NCBI GenBank assembly: GCA_041577335.1
Contig: JBFGJH010000020.1
Location: 1-46,632, forward strand
Reading direction: 5' to 3'
From: Acidimicrobiia bacterium
Lineage (GTDB): Bacteria; Actinomycetota; Acidimicrobiia; Spongiisociales; JAENVV01
Length of the DNA: 46,632 nucleotides
Position numbers and translations under genes: made by a program. The notes beneath the pieces were generated by a model. That model worked only from the letters and a program-made list of their open reading frames with translations. It was not told the origin of the DNA and made no database searches. This document shows positions 26,519 through 36,381 of this stretch, in pieces. The number at the start of each line of letters is the position of its first letter. The first letter of the stretch is position 1.

Positions 26519-29106
26519 TCGGCCAACGATGGTCCGTGGCCCGTGCTGACCGACAGCGGCACCCGAAGATCGGCGACGCCCTCCATGGCCGCCACCACAG
26601 CCGCTTCGAGCCTATCCCGGCCCTCGTCCGGGATCTCCAATACGAGTTCGTCGTGGATTTGCAGCAACAGGGCTCCGCCCTGTTCTGTGGCGATATCGTC
26701 GACGGCGAGCATCGCCAGTTTGATGACGTCGGCGGCTGTGCCCTGAATCGGGGCGTTCAATGCCATCCGCTCCCCCATCTGGCGAACCTGCCAGCGATCC
26801 GACCGGAGCTCGGGCAGGTAGCGGCGGCGCCCAAACAGGGTCTCCGTGTATCCGCTGGCCTTTGCTTCATCGACGATGGTGTCCATATAGGCCTTGACGC
26901 TGGGGAAGGTGGCGAAGTAGGCGTCCATGTGTTCTTTGGCTTCATCGCGACTTATGCCCAGACGGTCGGCAAGGCCGAACGCTTCCATTCCGTAGAGGAG
27001 CCCGAAATTGATGGCCTTGGCGCGCCGGCGGACGTCGGGAGTGACGTCGCCGTCGTCCAAACCGAACACCGAGGCTGCGGTTGCAGTATGAATATCCCGG
27101 TCTTCGTCCAAGAAGGCCGAGAGAAGTCCGGCGTCTTCGCTCATGTGGGCAAGGATCCTGAGCTCGATTTGCGAGTAGTCGGCAACCAAGAACGTCCAGC
27201 CGTCCCGCGGCACGAACGCTCGTCTCACCAACCGGCCCGTCTCGGATCGAACGGGGATGTTTTGCAGATTCGGGTGGTCGGAGCTGAGACGTCCCGTCGC
27301 TGCCGCCATTTGATTGAAGGTCGTGTGGATCCGACCGTCGTCCTCGATGAGGGGCAGAAGCCCGTCGACGTAGGTGCCTCGCAGCTTCTCGAGCTCCCGG
27401 TACCGCAGCAACGACTCGACGATCGGGTGCTCTTCGGCGAGCTTGGAGAGTACCGAGGCATCCGTCGACGCGGCACCCTTGGATGTCTTCTTCAAAACGG
27501 GAAGCCCGAGCTTGTCGAAAAGAATCTCGCGCAGCTGGTTGGTCGAGTTGATGTTGAACACCGCGCCGGCCTCTTCGTGGATCGTGGCCTCGAGATCGCC
27601 AAGCTCAGCGCGAAGATCAATACCGAGGCCTTCGAGGTAGGGCCGGTCGATCGCTATGCCGCGCTCCTCCATGGCCAGCAGGACCGGCACCAACGGCAAT
27701 TCGATGTCGTCGAACAGAGACGTCGCCGAGCGTTCTTCCATCTCGGTCTTCAGCGGATCAACGAGGAGGCGGGCGGCAGCCACCCTTCGACCCGCCTGGT
27801 CGAGATCGACGGCGGTCTGATCGAAGTCCAGCACGCCCTGCCCGGCATCCGGCCCTCGGTCGGGCGATTCGACCTCAACGCCGAGATACCGCTCGGCTAC
27901 CTCAGGAAGGCCATATCCCCGCCCGGTCGGGTTGATCACATACGCCGCCAATGCCGAATCGAATTCGGGAGTGTCGAACTCGATGTCGTAGTCGATGAGG
28001 GCCCGCATCAAGGCCTTCGTGCCGTGTGCGCACCAATGTTCCATCGTCCATCCGGCCGGGATGTCCGCCAACGGCACATACCACGCGTCGTGCGGCGTGG
28101 CGGCCACCACGAGCCCCATCGGCACTCCTGCTTCGGTGACGACGTCGACCGCCCGTGGGGCAGACAATTCCTCGATGGCGTCGACGCCGGCGGTCCGTAC
28201 CGTGACTTCGAGGACCTCACCAACGGGCGCTGCATAGGAAGGGTGAACCGCAACGAGGTCGTCCCAGAGAGTGGCGAACTCCAGGCGCTCGAACAGCTCC
28301 TTGAGCTCGGCCTCGTCCCAATCGGTCCACTCCAACTCCTCCGCGCTACGGTCGAGCTCCAAGTCGGCGACGAGGGTCATGAGGCGTCGGTTGAGAAACA
28401 CCTGCTCGCGGGCTGCGGCGAGGTTCTCCGAGAGCTTCGGTGTCTGGTCCTCGACCGCTTCGAATACGCCTTCGAGCGATCCATATTGGTTGAGGAGCTT
28501 GGAGGCTGTCTTCTCTCCCACGCCGGGGACTCCGGGGAGATTGTCCGACGTGTCGCCGCGCATTGCTGCGTATTCGACATATTGATTCGGGCGAATCCCG
28601 TACTTCGTCGTAATCCATCCCTCGTCGGCCAGGACGGTGTCGGTGATGCCCCTCATCGTGTACAAGACCTTGACTCGTTCATCGACGAGTTGGAAGCTGT
28701 CGCGGTCTCCCGTGACGACGAGTACGTCCCACCCGTCAGCGGCAGCGCTCTTGGCCATCGTGGCGATGACGTCGTCGGCCTCAAAGCCCTCCTCGCGAAA
28801 CTGGTGGATGCCCAGGGCGGCGAGTATGTCGTCGATCAGGGGCAGCTGGCTGGAAAACACGTCTGGTGTCTTCTCCCTCTGTGCCTTGTATTCGGGGAAC
28901 TGCTCCGTCCGGAACGTCTGCCTCCCCACGTCCCAGGCGACCGCAAGTCGGTCGGGGTGATGGTCTCCGATGAGCTTGATGAGCATCCGCATGAAGCCGT
29001 ACGTGGCGTTCGTCACTTGACCCGACGTCGTAGCCAGATCCTGGGGCAGGGCGTAGAAGGCCCGATACGCCAGCGAGTGTCCATCGAGCAGGGCAAGGGT
29101 CGGCAT
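26506..29106 (-). CDS. polA: DNA polymerase I
   Basis: LLDGHSLAYRAF, FEADDVI, GDTSDNLPGVPGVGEKTA, TGRLSS..PNLQNIP, ADYSQIELR, KAINFGLLYG and QIHDEL. ATG lies 6 nt after TACACT. Confidence 0.98.
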   Translation of the reverse strand: MPTLALLDGHSLAYRAFYALPQDLATTSGQVTNATYGFMRMLIKLIGDHHPDRLAVAWDVGRQTFRTEQFPEYKAQREKTPDVFSSQLPLIDDILAALGIHQFREEGFEADDVIATMAKSAAADGWDVLVVTGDRDSFQLVDERVKVLYTMRGITDTVLADEGWITTKYGIRPNQYVEYAAMRGDTSDNLPGVPGVGEKTASKLLNQYGSLEGVFEAVEDQTPKLSENLAAAREQVFLNRRLMTLVADLELDRSAEELEWTDWDEAELKELFERLEFATLWDDLVAVHPSYAAPVGEVLEVTVRTAGVDAIEELSAPRAVDVVTEAGVPMGLVVAATPHDAWYVPLADIPAGWTMEHWCAHGTKALMRALIDYDIEFDTPEFDSALAAYVINPTGRGYGLPEVAERYLGVEVESPDRGPDAGQGVLDFDQTAVDLDQAGRRVAAARLLVDPLKTEMEERSATSLFDDIELPLVPVLLAMEERGIAIDRPYLEGLGIDLRAELGDLEATIHEEAGAVFNINSTNQLREILFDKLGLPVLKKTSKGAASTDASVLSKLAEEHPIVESLLRYRELEKLRGTYVDGLLPLIEDDGRIHTTFNQMAAATGRLSSDHPNLQNIPVRSETGRLVRRAFVPRDGWTFLVADYSQIELRILAHMSEDAGLLSAFLDEDRDIHTATAASVFGLDDGDVTPDVRRRAKAINFGLLYGMEAFGLADRLGISRDEAKEHMDAYFATFPSVKAYMDTIVDEAKASGYTETLFGRRRYLPELRSDRWQVRQMGERMALNAPIQGTAADVIKLAMLAVDDIATEQGGALLLQIHDELVLEIPDEGRDRLEAAVVAAMEGVADLRVPLSVSTGHGPSLADVKA

Positions 29107-29140
29107 GGGGGCAGTGTAGAGAGGCCGGATGTTCGTGCCG

Positions 29141-29422
29141 TCAGGCAGAAGGGAGCTTGGCAAGCAGCGCGATCCGCTTCGCTTCGGCCTTGGCGCGCCG
29201 AGCATGAACATCGGCGAGAGCCCGCTCGAAGCGCTCGACGTCCTGAGCGGAGTCGTAGGCAAATGCACGGTCGTCGGCGTTTCCCAGCGCAGCATCGCGT
29301 TGGGCGTCATCGTTGATATGCCGATGGTAGGACAGCTCTTCGCGCACCAGATTCTCTTCGACCGCCAGTGCCGCCAATTGATCGTTGATTCGCAGGATGC
29401 GCCGCTCTAGCCGGCCCGCCAT
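29141..29422 (-). CDS. Small hypothetical coiled-coil protein (93 aa)
   Basis: GGAGG SD and an ATG start. MAGRLERRILRINDQLAALAVEENLVREEL... is helical and charged, and the ORF fills the tRNA-polA gap. Confidence 0.7.
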   Translation of the reverse strand: MAGRLERRILRINDQLAALAVEENLVREELSYHRHINDDAQRDAALGNADDRAFAYDSAQDVERFERALADVHARRAKAEAKRIALLAKLPSA

Positions 29423-29458
29423 CCCAGGCCTCCCGTATCGACCAGTCATCTCGTTGGC

Positions 29459-29544
29459 TGGTACCGGGAGTGGGACTCGAACCCACACGTCCTTACGGAC
29501 AACGGATTTTGAGTCCGTCGCGTCTACCATTCCGCCATCCCGGC
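29459..29544 (-). tRNA. tRNA-Leu(CAA)
   Basis: GCCGGGATGGCGGAATGGTAGACGCGACGGACTCAAAATCCGTTGTCCGTAAGGACGTGTGGGTTCGAGTCCCACTCCCGGTACCA: complete cloverleaf with long variable arm and encoded CCA. Confidence 0.97.
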
Positions 29545-29733
29545 CAGATTGGATGCCGCAGGATATCAGACGGGTGGCACGGGTTTTTGAGAGGAATCCG
29601 CCAATTCTCGTCCGGGCCGGTAAAGTGTGCATGCAACGGCCACTTGCCCGGACTGTTTCGCCGATCCCCACTCCCCCCACTCCCTAGGACGAGACGGTCA
29701 TCCAAACGGGTAGGTGGTCGTTGCGCGTTTCCC

Positions 29734-30528
29734 TCACGAGAGCGCCGCGATGAACGCCTCCGTGTCGGCGCGGAGTGAGTCGGCAGCCGCTCGCGAAGAT
29801 GGAGCGTCGAGGACCTTGCGCACCAGCGCGCTCCCCACGATGATGCCATCGGCGTGCGATGCAACGGCCCGGGCTTGATCAGGGGTTGAGATGCCAACGC
29901 CCAAAACCAGGGGAACATCGGTGACCGCTCTGACTCGCGACGACAGCTCGACGGCTCGCGAACTGGCTTTGGTACGTTCGCCCGTGACCCCTACCTCCGC
30001 CACCCCGTAGATGAAGACCGGTTGTGCCGCTGCCACGCGCAGGATCCGATCGTCGGTGGTTGTCGGCGCCACGAACAGAACCATCCCCAATCCGGCGTGT
30101 TCCAGGGAGCTCTGGATCGGTCCAGCCTCTTCGAGCGGCAGATCCGCCACAATCACGCCACTGGCTCCCGCTCCGGCAACATCGGCGGCGAAACGCTCCA
30201 GACCGACCTGCATCACGACATTGGTATACGTCATGATCAACGCCGGTTTCCCGGTCGTGGTGACGACCTGATTGGCCACGTCGAGACCCGTCGCGAAGTC
30301 GGTGCCCGCGGCCAAGGCTCGATGCCCGGCCTCTTGGATCGTGGGCCCGTCCATCAGCGGATCGGAATAGGGAATTCCGATTTCGAAGGCATCGGCTCCG
30401 CTCATGGCCCCGAACATCTTCGGCGAAGACGCCGGATCGGGCAGCCCGGCCGTCATGAAGGGAAGAAATGCCGTTCGCCCTTCCTTCCGCACGGTTTGAA
30501 AGAGCTCGACCAGCCGGTCTTGGCTCAT
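29734..30528 (-). CDS. trpA: Tryptophan synthase alpha subunit
   Basis: [36 protein letters not shown] and [10 protein letters not shown]. Confidence 0.96.
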   Translation of the reverse strand: MSQDRLVELFQTVRKEGRTAFLPFMTAGLPDPASSPKMFGAMSGADAFEIGIPYSDPLMDGPTIQEAGHRALAAGTDFATGLDVANQVVTTTGKPALIMTYTNVVMQVGLERFAADVAGAGASGVIVADLPLEEAGPIQSSLEHAGLGMVLFVAPTTTDDRILRVAAAQPVFIYGVAEVGVTGERTKASSRAVELSSRVRAVTDVPLVLGVGISTPDQARAVASHADGIIVGSALVRKVLDAPSSRAAADSLRADTEAFIAALS

Positions 30529-31697
30529 CCGCGGAGCCCGATGATCTGCTGCACATCCTTGTCGCCTCGCCCGGACAGGTTGATCAGGACAGTCTTGCCG
30601 GCCAAACCGGCGGCTTCTTTGGCAACCCAGGCAACCGCGTGAGCGGACTCCAGGGCCGGAATGATCCCTTCGGTCTGCGCCAAGAGGTCGACGGCATCCA
30701 ACGCCTCCTGGTCGGTGATCGACACGTACCGGGCGATGCCCGACTCCGCGAAATATGCGTGCTCAGGCCCAACACCCGGATAGTCGAGGCCTGCCGATAC
30801 CGAATGTGCTTCCACGACTTGGCCATCGGCGTCCTGGAGAAGGTACGTCCTGCTTCCGTGCAGCACCCCCGGGCTCCCCGCACCTATCGATGCCCCATGA
30901 GCGCCCGAGGCGAGACCGTGGCCGCCGGCTTCCACCCCGACGAGGTCAACTCCTTTGTCGGCGAAGGGGTAGAAGATCCCGATGGCGTTCGATCCGCCAC
31001 CAACGCACGCAACCACGGTGTCGGGCAGCTCGTCTTCGAGTTGGTCGAGGCACTCGTCGCCAATCACACGCTGAAACTCTCGGACCATCCACGGAAACGG
31101 GTGCGGCCCCACGACCGAGCCGATGATGTAGTGGGTGGATTCCACGGTGGTCACCCAGGCGCGCATCGCCTCATTGACGGCGTCCTTGAGCGTTCCGGCC
31201 CCACTGGTCACCGGGATCACCTCCGTCCCGAGGAGCTTCATCCGGAACACGTTGAGTGCTTGGCGCTCGATGTCTACCTCGCCCATGAACACCTGGCAGT
31301 CGAGTCCCAGATACGCAGCGGCGGTCGCCGTTGCCACCCCATGTTGGCCTGCACCGGTTTCGGCGATGATCCGTTTCTTGCCCATGGCCTGGCACAGCAA
31401 TCCTTGGCCAAGAGCGTTGTTGATCTTGTGAGCGCCGGTGTGGGCGAGATCCTCGCGTTTGAGGAGCACGTTCACGCCGAGCCGATCGCTCAGCCGGTCA
31501 GCCCTGTGAAGCGACGTTGGTCGCCCCACGTAGGTTCGCAGGAGGTCGTGGAAACGGCTCACGAAAGCTTCATCAGACCACGCCTTCTCAAAGGCTCGCT
31601 CGAGATCATCGAGGGCCGGTATGAGAGTCTCGGGGGCAAAACGGCCACCAAAATCCCCAAATCGCCCTCGATCGTCCGGCCGTTCGAGTTTGGTCAT
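30525..31697 (-). CDS. trpB: Tryptophan synthase beta subunit
   Basis: [47 protein letters not shown] and LSGRGDKD. Confidence 0.98.
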   Translation of the reverse strand: MTKLERPDDRGRFGDFGGRFAPETLIPALDDLERAFEKAWSDEAFVSRFHDLLRTYVGRPTSLHRADRLSDRLGVNVLLKREDLAHTGAHKINNALGQGLLCQAMGKKRIIAETGAGQHGVATATAAAYLGLDCQVFMGEVDIERQALNVFRMKLLGTEVIPVTSGAGTLKDAVNEAMRAWVTTVESTHYIIGSVVGPHPFPWMVREFQRVIGDECLDQLEDELPDTVVACVGGGSNAIGIFYPFADKGVDLVGVEAGGHGLASGAHGASIGAGSPGVLHGSRTYLLQDADGQVVEAHSVSAGLDYPGVGPEHAYFAESGIARYVSITDQEALDAVDLLAQTEGIIPALESAHAVAWVAKEAAGLAGKTVLINLSGRGDKDVQQIIGLRG

Positions 31698-32290
31698 GTG
31701 TTTGCCCTCTCGATGAATGCGCGGACCAGATTGCGGTCCTTCTTCCCTGGAGACGATTCGACACCCGACGAGACATCGACGCCGTCTGGTCGGGCCAGCG
31801 TAACCGCCTCAGCGACCGTATCCGGAGTCAACCCGCCAGCCAGGACGAACGGGCGCTGCATACCGCGAACGAGCGACCAGTCGAATGGCCGCCCGGTGCC
31901 GCCGTGCGCTCCGGCTACGTCCGTGTCGGTGAGAATCATCTGGTCGCGGGGTATGCCTTCGATCGCCGGTCGTTCGCATCCCACCTTGACCGGCCTGAGC
32001 ACCGCCAATCCGCCTTTGCGGGCAGCGGCAGCCGTTTGGGGTGCGGCGAGACCGTATGGCTGGACTCCGGTCACACCGATTTCGGCAGCGAGTTCGAGCA
32101 CGCGGTCCGGCTCGCCGTCGTCGGTCAGCAGGTACGACTCGATGTCGATCGCCGCAACGATGGTGCGAGCCTGCTCGGGCGAAACTCTGCGCGGCGAGTC
32201 AGCCATGACGACCCCGATCGCGCTCGCCCCTTCCGCTTGCGCCATCCTGGCGGCGTCCCGGTCGGTGATCCCGCAGATCTTCACCCACAT
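31694..32290 (-). CDS. trpF: Phosphoribosylanthranilate isomerase
   Basis: [29 protein letters not shown] and GVDVSSGVE. Confidence 0.94.
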   Translation of the reverse strand: MWVKICGITDRDAARMAQAEGASAIGVVMADSPRRVSPEQARTIVAAIDIESYLLTDDGEPDRVLELAAEIGVTGVQPYGLAAPQTAAAARKGGLAVLRPVKVGCERPAIEGIPRDQMILTDTDVAGAHGGTGRPFDWSLVRGMQRPFVLAGGLTPDTVAEAVTLARPDGVDVSSGVESSPGKKDRNLVRAFIERANT

Positions 32291-33051
32291 CAGCGAAACG
32301 ACTCGATGAGGGCCCCCGGATCGTCGGCCCGGACGAGCGCTTCTCCCACCAAGATGGCGTCGTAGCCGGCGTCCCGCATTCGCTTGGCGTCTGCCGGCGA
32401 CCAGACGCCACTCTCGGCGACTCCCAGAACGTCGTCCCCCATGAGGGGACGGAGGGTTTCGGCGGTGGTGAGATCGACCTGGAACGTCGACAGATCGCGA
32501 TTGTTGACGCCGATGACGGACGCCCCCGATCGGAGGGCCCGTTCGAGTTCATCGCCGTCGTGCGCCTCGACCAGGGCAACCATACCGAGCGATTCAGCCT
32601 CTTGACGGAGCATGAGCAATTGGGCGTCGTCGAGGATCGACGCTATCAAGAGCACGGCGGCAGCACCCCAGGCGCGCGCCTGCCACACCTGTACAGGGTG
32701 AACGACGAAATCCTTACGCAGCACCGGCACCGTGACAGAGTCGGCGACCTCGATGAGGTCTTGGGGCGACCCCTCGAAGAAATGTCGTTCGGTGAGGACC
32801 GAAATCGCCGCAGCCCCGCCGGCGGTGTAGCGGGCTGCCCACGTACTCGGATCGAGCGTTCGGTCGATGTCGCCGCGACTCGGCGACCGCCGCTTCACTT
32901 CGGCGATCACCGAAAGGCCGGGGCCACGCAGCGCGTCGGCGAATGACGGCGGGTGATCGCTGCGGGCATCGACGGCGCGCCGGACCTCGTCGAATGATTC
33001 GATCTGGGTAGGTAGGTCCTCCCGGATGCGGGCAACGATTTCGTCGAGCAT
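32290..33051 (-). CDS. trpC: Indole-3-glycerol phosphate synthase
   Basis: MLDEIV, IAEVKRRSPSRG, ISVLTE, LRKDF, GVNNRDL, AESG and LVGEAL. Confidence 0.96.
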   Translation of the reverse strand: MLDEIVARIREDLPTQIESFDEVRRAVDARSDHPPSFADALRGPGLSVIAEVKRRSPSRGDIDRTLDPSTWAARYTAGGAAAISVLTERHFFEGSPQDLIEVADSVTVPVLRKDFVVHPVQVWQARAWGAAAVLLIASILDDAQLLMLRQEAESLGMVALVEAHDGDELERALRSGASVIGVNNRDLSTFQVDLTTAETLRPLMGDDVLGVAESGVWSPADAKRMRDAGYDAILVGEALVRADDPGALIESFR

Positions 33052-33057
33052 CGAACC

Positions 33058-33079
33058 ATGGTACGCAGGACAGCCGACA
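33058..33079 (-). promoter_or_regulatory. Leaderless trpC promoter matching TGTCGG-N10-TANNNT
   Basis: Minus strand reads TGTCGG-CTGTCCTGCG-TACCAT-GGTTCG-ATG. Confidence 0.55.
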
Positions 33080-33131
33080 GACCAGACAACCGAGTGCCCC
33101 TTGGTCGGCGACCGTGTCCCGATACGGGATT

Positions 33132-34076
33132 TCATGAGTCAGCGAAGGTCACCGCAGGTAGTTCGGCCACCGTGCCGGTGGTGGTCCCGCCGTCCCAACG
33201 AATTTCCACTTCGGCGCCCACCTCGACCTCCCGTCGGAGCAGGGCCAGGCCCACCGGAGCGCGCAGCTCCAGCGATTCCGTCGGCGAGGTGAGGAGGCCG
33301 ACCGCTTTGCCTGCCGCCAACAGCTCCGCCCCACTCGGCGGCAAGACATTGGACCCCACCCTGATGGCCACCAGCCTTCGGTTGACGTGGCCCCGGCTGT
33401 CGATCCGTGCGACCAGCTCCTGGCCGAGATAACACCCCTTGGTGAACGACACCGCGCTCGGAACAAGGCCGGTCTCCTGAGGAATGGTTTTTTCGTCGAT
33501 ATCGATGCCCATCACTGCGTCGCCGGTTTCGACGCGGAGTGCGTCGGCAGCGACGGATCCCGCCATCGGAAGCGTGTCGAGGTCGGCGGGGCCGGCCACG
33601 GCAAACCGCCCAATGCCGTCGACGAGAGGAAGGTTGGCGACGATGGTGTCTGCCCGCCGGACCCAGCCATCAGGGGGGTCGATTCCTGCCGCGGCCAAGT
33701 CGACGCCGGCGGTAGGGCCAATCACCGCACGAACCGCAGTGACCACCTCGTCGATCTCGACCTGGACTCGCAGCAGGAAACGGCGCAGCTCGCGAGCGGC
33801 CACTTCTCCGTACCCGCGGTCGGCCAAGAGAACACATTCGTTGGCGCCGCGCAGCACCCACAACACTGCCGTCAGCTTGCCTTGCGGCTGGAGAAGGAAA
33901 CTTCTGGCGACCGAGCCGTCGTCCATGGCGACGATATCCTGGCTGAGGATGCCATCGAGAAACGAGATGGCGTCCGGCCCGCGTACGGCCACCATCTCGT
34001 ACCGACCCTCGACGACAGCCGAGGCAGAGTGGAGGGCCACGTACTCGGCCGTGGTGTCGCCGTAGCTGGATACCAT
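33132..34076 (-). CDS. ygfZ: YgfZ/GcvT-family folate-binding protein
   Basis: Signature SFTKGCYLGQELVAR, plus VRGPDAISFLDGILSQDI and IPQETGL. ATG overlaps the trpE TGA. Confidence 0.88.
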   Translation of the reverse strand: MVSSYGDTTAEYVALHSASAVVEGRYEMVAVRGPDAISFLDGILSQDIVAMDDGSVARSFLLQPQGKLTAVLWVLRGANECVLLADRGYGEVAARELRRFLLRVQVEIDEVVTAVRAVIGPTAGVDLAAAGIDPPDGWVRRADTIVANLPLVDGIGRFAVAGPADLDTLPMAGSVAADALRVETGDAVMGIDIDEKTIPQETGLVPSAVSFTKGCYLGQELVARIDSRGHVNRRLVAIRVGSNVLPPSGAELLAAGKAVGLLTSPTESLELRAPVGLALLRREVEVGAEVEIRWDGGTTTGTVAELPAVTFADS

Positions 34077-35545
34077 CACGACGCTGCCGCTACCGCGGAG
34101 ATGGCGGCCGCTGCCTTGTTCATGGTCTCCTCGTACTCGAACGAAGGGTCGCTGTCGGCGACAAGGCCCGCACCTGCCTGGACCCAGGCCTGTCCGTCGG
34201 CGATCACAACAGCCCGCAGGCATATGGCGGTGTCGACGTTGCCGGACAAGTCGAGATATCCGACGGCCCCCGCGTATGGCCCACGGGCGACCGGCTCCAA
34301 TTCGTCGATGATTTCCATCGCCCTCACCTTGGGGGCTCCGGACACTGTTCCGTGAGGAAAGGTGGCTCTGAGGACGTCGACCCCGGAGACCCCCGGGCGA
34401 AGGGAGCCACTGACCTGGGAAACGATGTGCATGACATGGCTATAGCGCTCGATGATCATCAGATCGTCCACCTCTACCGAGCCAAACTCACAGACGCGAC
34501 CAACGTCATTGCGAGCGAGATCGATGAGCATCACGTGTTCCGCTCGTTCCTTGGGATCCGCCAGGAGCTCCTCGGCCAGGGCGTTGTCTTCTTCGACGGA
34601 AAATCCGCGTGGACGTGTGCCGGCAATGGGCCGCGAATAGACACGTCCGTCGCGAACGCGGGTCATCAGCTCCGGTGAGGCACCGGTCATGGTGATGCGG
34701 CGGTGCCGCAAGAACGTCATGAATGGGCTTGGGTTGATCACGCGCAGTGCGCGGTACACGCCGAATGGATCCCCCGCGAAGGGGACCGCCAGCCGTTGAG
34801 ACAGCACGATCTGGAATGCGTCCCCGGCCAGGATGTAGTCCTTGGCAACATGGACAGCCGCCTCGAACTCGGCACGGTCGAGCGTCGAGGCGATGGGGTC
34901 GCTGCCTGTGCCACCCGCCGGAACCGGAGCCGGAACATATCCGAGCGGAGATCCCAACACCGCAACATCATCACGGAGCGCGGCCAGTGCCGCATCGTAT
35001 TGAGCACCCGGCTCGGCACCGACGTAGACATTCCTCAGCAAGATGATCGTCTGCCGGAACCGGTCGAGCGCGGCGAGGGCGCCGACGAATTGCCACAACA
35101 TCTCAGGAAGCTTCCGATCATCGTCTGGCTGATCGGGCAAGGTTTCGACATAGCGCACGGCGTCGTATCCGAGGTAGCCAACGGCGCCGGAATGAAGGGG
35201 GGGCATACCGGGAAGGTCGGGAATCGTGTATGTGGCCAAGGCCCGCTCGAGGACGGTGAGCGGGTCCCCACTGAGGTCGAACGCCAGCGGCACCTCGCCT
35301 TCCACAGAGCAGCGGCCGTCGTCGGAAACCAACGTGAAGGCCGGCTCCCAGCCGATGAAGCTCCACCGCGCCCACGACTCGCCGCCTTCGACCGATTCGA
35401 GCAAGAACCCTTCGGCGTCTCCGACGAGCTTCTGGAAGGCCGAGACCGGGGTCTCACGATCCGCCAGCACCTCGAGAGCGAGAGGGACGACTCCGTGTTC
35501 GGCGGCAAGCGCGATGAACTCGTCGCGGGTGAGGGAAGGTCGCAT
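34076..35545 (-). CDS. trpE: Anthranilate synthase component I
   Basis: FLLESVEG, GDAFQIVLSQR, NPSPFM, SPE, PIAGTRPRG, KERAEHVMLIDLARND and GTVSGAPKVRAM. Start ATG 35545. Confidence 0.93.
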   Translation of the reverse strand: MRPSLTRDEFIALAAEHGVVPLALEVLADRETPVSAFQKLVGDAEGFLLESVEGGESWARWSFIGWEPAFTLVSDDGRCSVEGEVPLAFDLSGDPLTVLERALATYTIPDLPGMPPLHSGAVGYLGYDAVRYVETLPDQPDDDRKLPEMLWQFVGALAALDRFRQTIILLRNVYVGAEPGAQYDAALAALRDDVAVLGSPLGYVPAPVPAGGTGSDPIASTLDRAEFEAAVHVAKDYILAGDAFQIVLSQRLAVPFAGDPFGVYRALRVINPSPFMTFLRHRRITMTGASPELMTRVRDGRVYSRPIAGTRPRGFSVEEDNALAEELLADPKERAEHVMLIDLARNDVGRVCEFGSVEVDDLMIIERYSHVMHIVSQVSGSLRPGVSGVDVLRATFPHGTVSGAPKVRAMEIIDELEPVARGPYAGAVGYLDLSGNVDTAICLRAVVIADGQAWVQAGAGLVADSDPSFEYEETMNKAAAAISAVAAAS

Positions 35546-35583
35546 GGGGAGAAAGCGTAGCGGCGGTCGATTACTGCCAGGAG

Positions 35584-36336
35584 TCAGATCGCGGTGAGCC
35601 GGTCCAAGATCGGGATCTCCTCCATCACGTCGATCACCCATGAGGAAAGACGGAACAACTGGTTGGTGATCATCAGCACGCCGAACCCCGCCAGCAGGGC
35701 GCCAGAAAGTATGTTGATCGGTCGCAGATGGCGGCGGAGAAACGCCATCGTCGACATGGCTCGGTTGACGGCGAGGCCGGCAATGATGAACGGAATCCCC
35801 AGACCCAGTGAGTACGCAAGGAGCAACACAGCTCCCTGGCCGACCGTTTCTTGGGTGCCCGCCAGCGCCAAGATACCGCCCAGAACAGGCCCGATGCACG
35901 GCGTCCATCCGAAGCCGAAGGCCAATCCCATCACGAGCGGGGCGGCTTGCCCGAATCGGCTGGGCCTGACATCGACCCGACGCTCCCGCATGAGATTCTG
36001 GAGCCAGTTCGCGTTGGTGAGAGCTGCCACGAGAATGGTCAAGCCAAAGATCAGGACGACCCAGCCGGCGATCACCGACCCGGTGGTGATGAGCGCGCCG
36101 ATCCGGGTGGCGAGGACGCCCAGCATCACAAAGACGATCGTGAACCCGGTGACGAACAATCCGGTGGCCCACAGCATCCGGCGCGACGAGCCCTCTCCTG
36201 CCTGCAACTCTGCAACCGAGTAACCGGACATCAGGGACAAATAGCCCGGAAGCAACGGCAGCACGCACGGCGAGATGAACGACAAGGCGCCGAACAACAT
36301 TGCCGTCGCCAATGAAACGACGGAAAGAGAATCCAC
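35584..36336 (-). CDS. ccdA: Cytochrome c biogenesis protein CcdA (DsbD-type TM thiol:disulfide interchange)
   Basis: SFISPCVLPLLPGY and FGFGWTPCIGPVL, with about 6 TM helices. Start is GTG 36336 or 36354. Confidence 0.92.
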   Translation of the reverse strand: MDSLSVVSLATAMLFGALSFISPCVLPLLPGYLSLMSGYSVAELQAGEGSSRRMLWATGLFVTGFTIVFVMLGVLATRIGALITTGSVIAGWVVLIFGLTILVAALTNANWLQNLMRERRVDVRPSRFGQAAPLVMGLAFGFGWTPCIGPVLGGILALAGTQETVGQGAVLLLAYSLGLGIPFIIAGLAVNRAMSTMAFLRRHLRPINILSGALLAGFGVLMITNQLFRLSSWVIDVMEEIPILDRLTAI

Positions 36337-36381
36337 CAGATCAGTTTGGCGCACCGACCGGTTTGTGCGAAGTCACGTCGG

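Noticed and set aside
26536..29316. 926-aa plus-strand ORF antisense to polA (likewise 47-1786, 10253-12349, 19300-20658 and 36346-37728)
   Set aside because: These are shadow ORFs in codon register with real genes. High-GC codon bias removes antisense stops, and no recognisable domains are present.
29459..29544. tRNA as the integration site of a genomic island
   Set aside because: No duplicated tRNA 3' end, integrase or foreign genes were seen nearby.
30468..32309. 613-aa ORF antisense to trpB and trpF, spanning a gene junction
   Set aside because: It has no motifs and completely overlaps well-supported trp genes, so it is a GC artefact.
34076..35545. PabB (ADC synthase) instead of TrpE, suggested by the adjacent folate-binding ygfZ
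   Set aside because: The active-site motif is PIAGT (anthranilate synthase type), not PIKGT, and trpCFBA follow.
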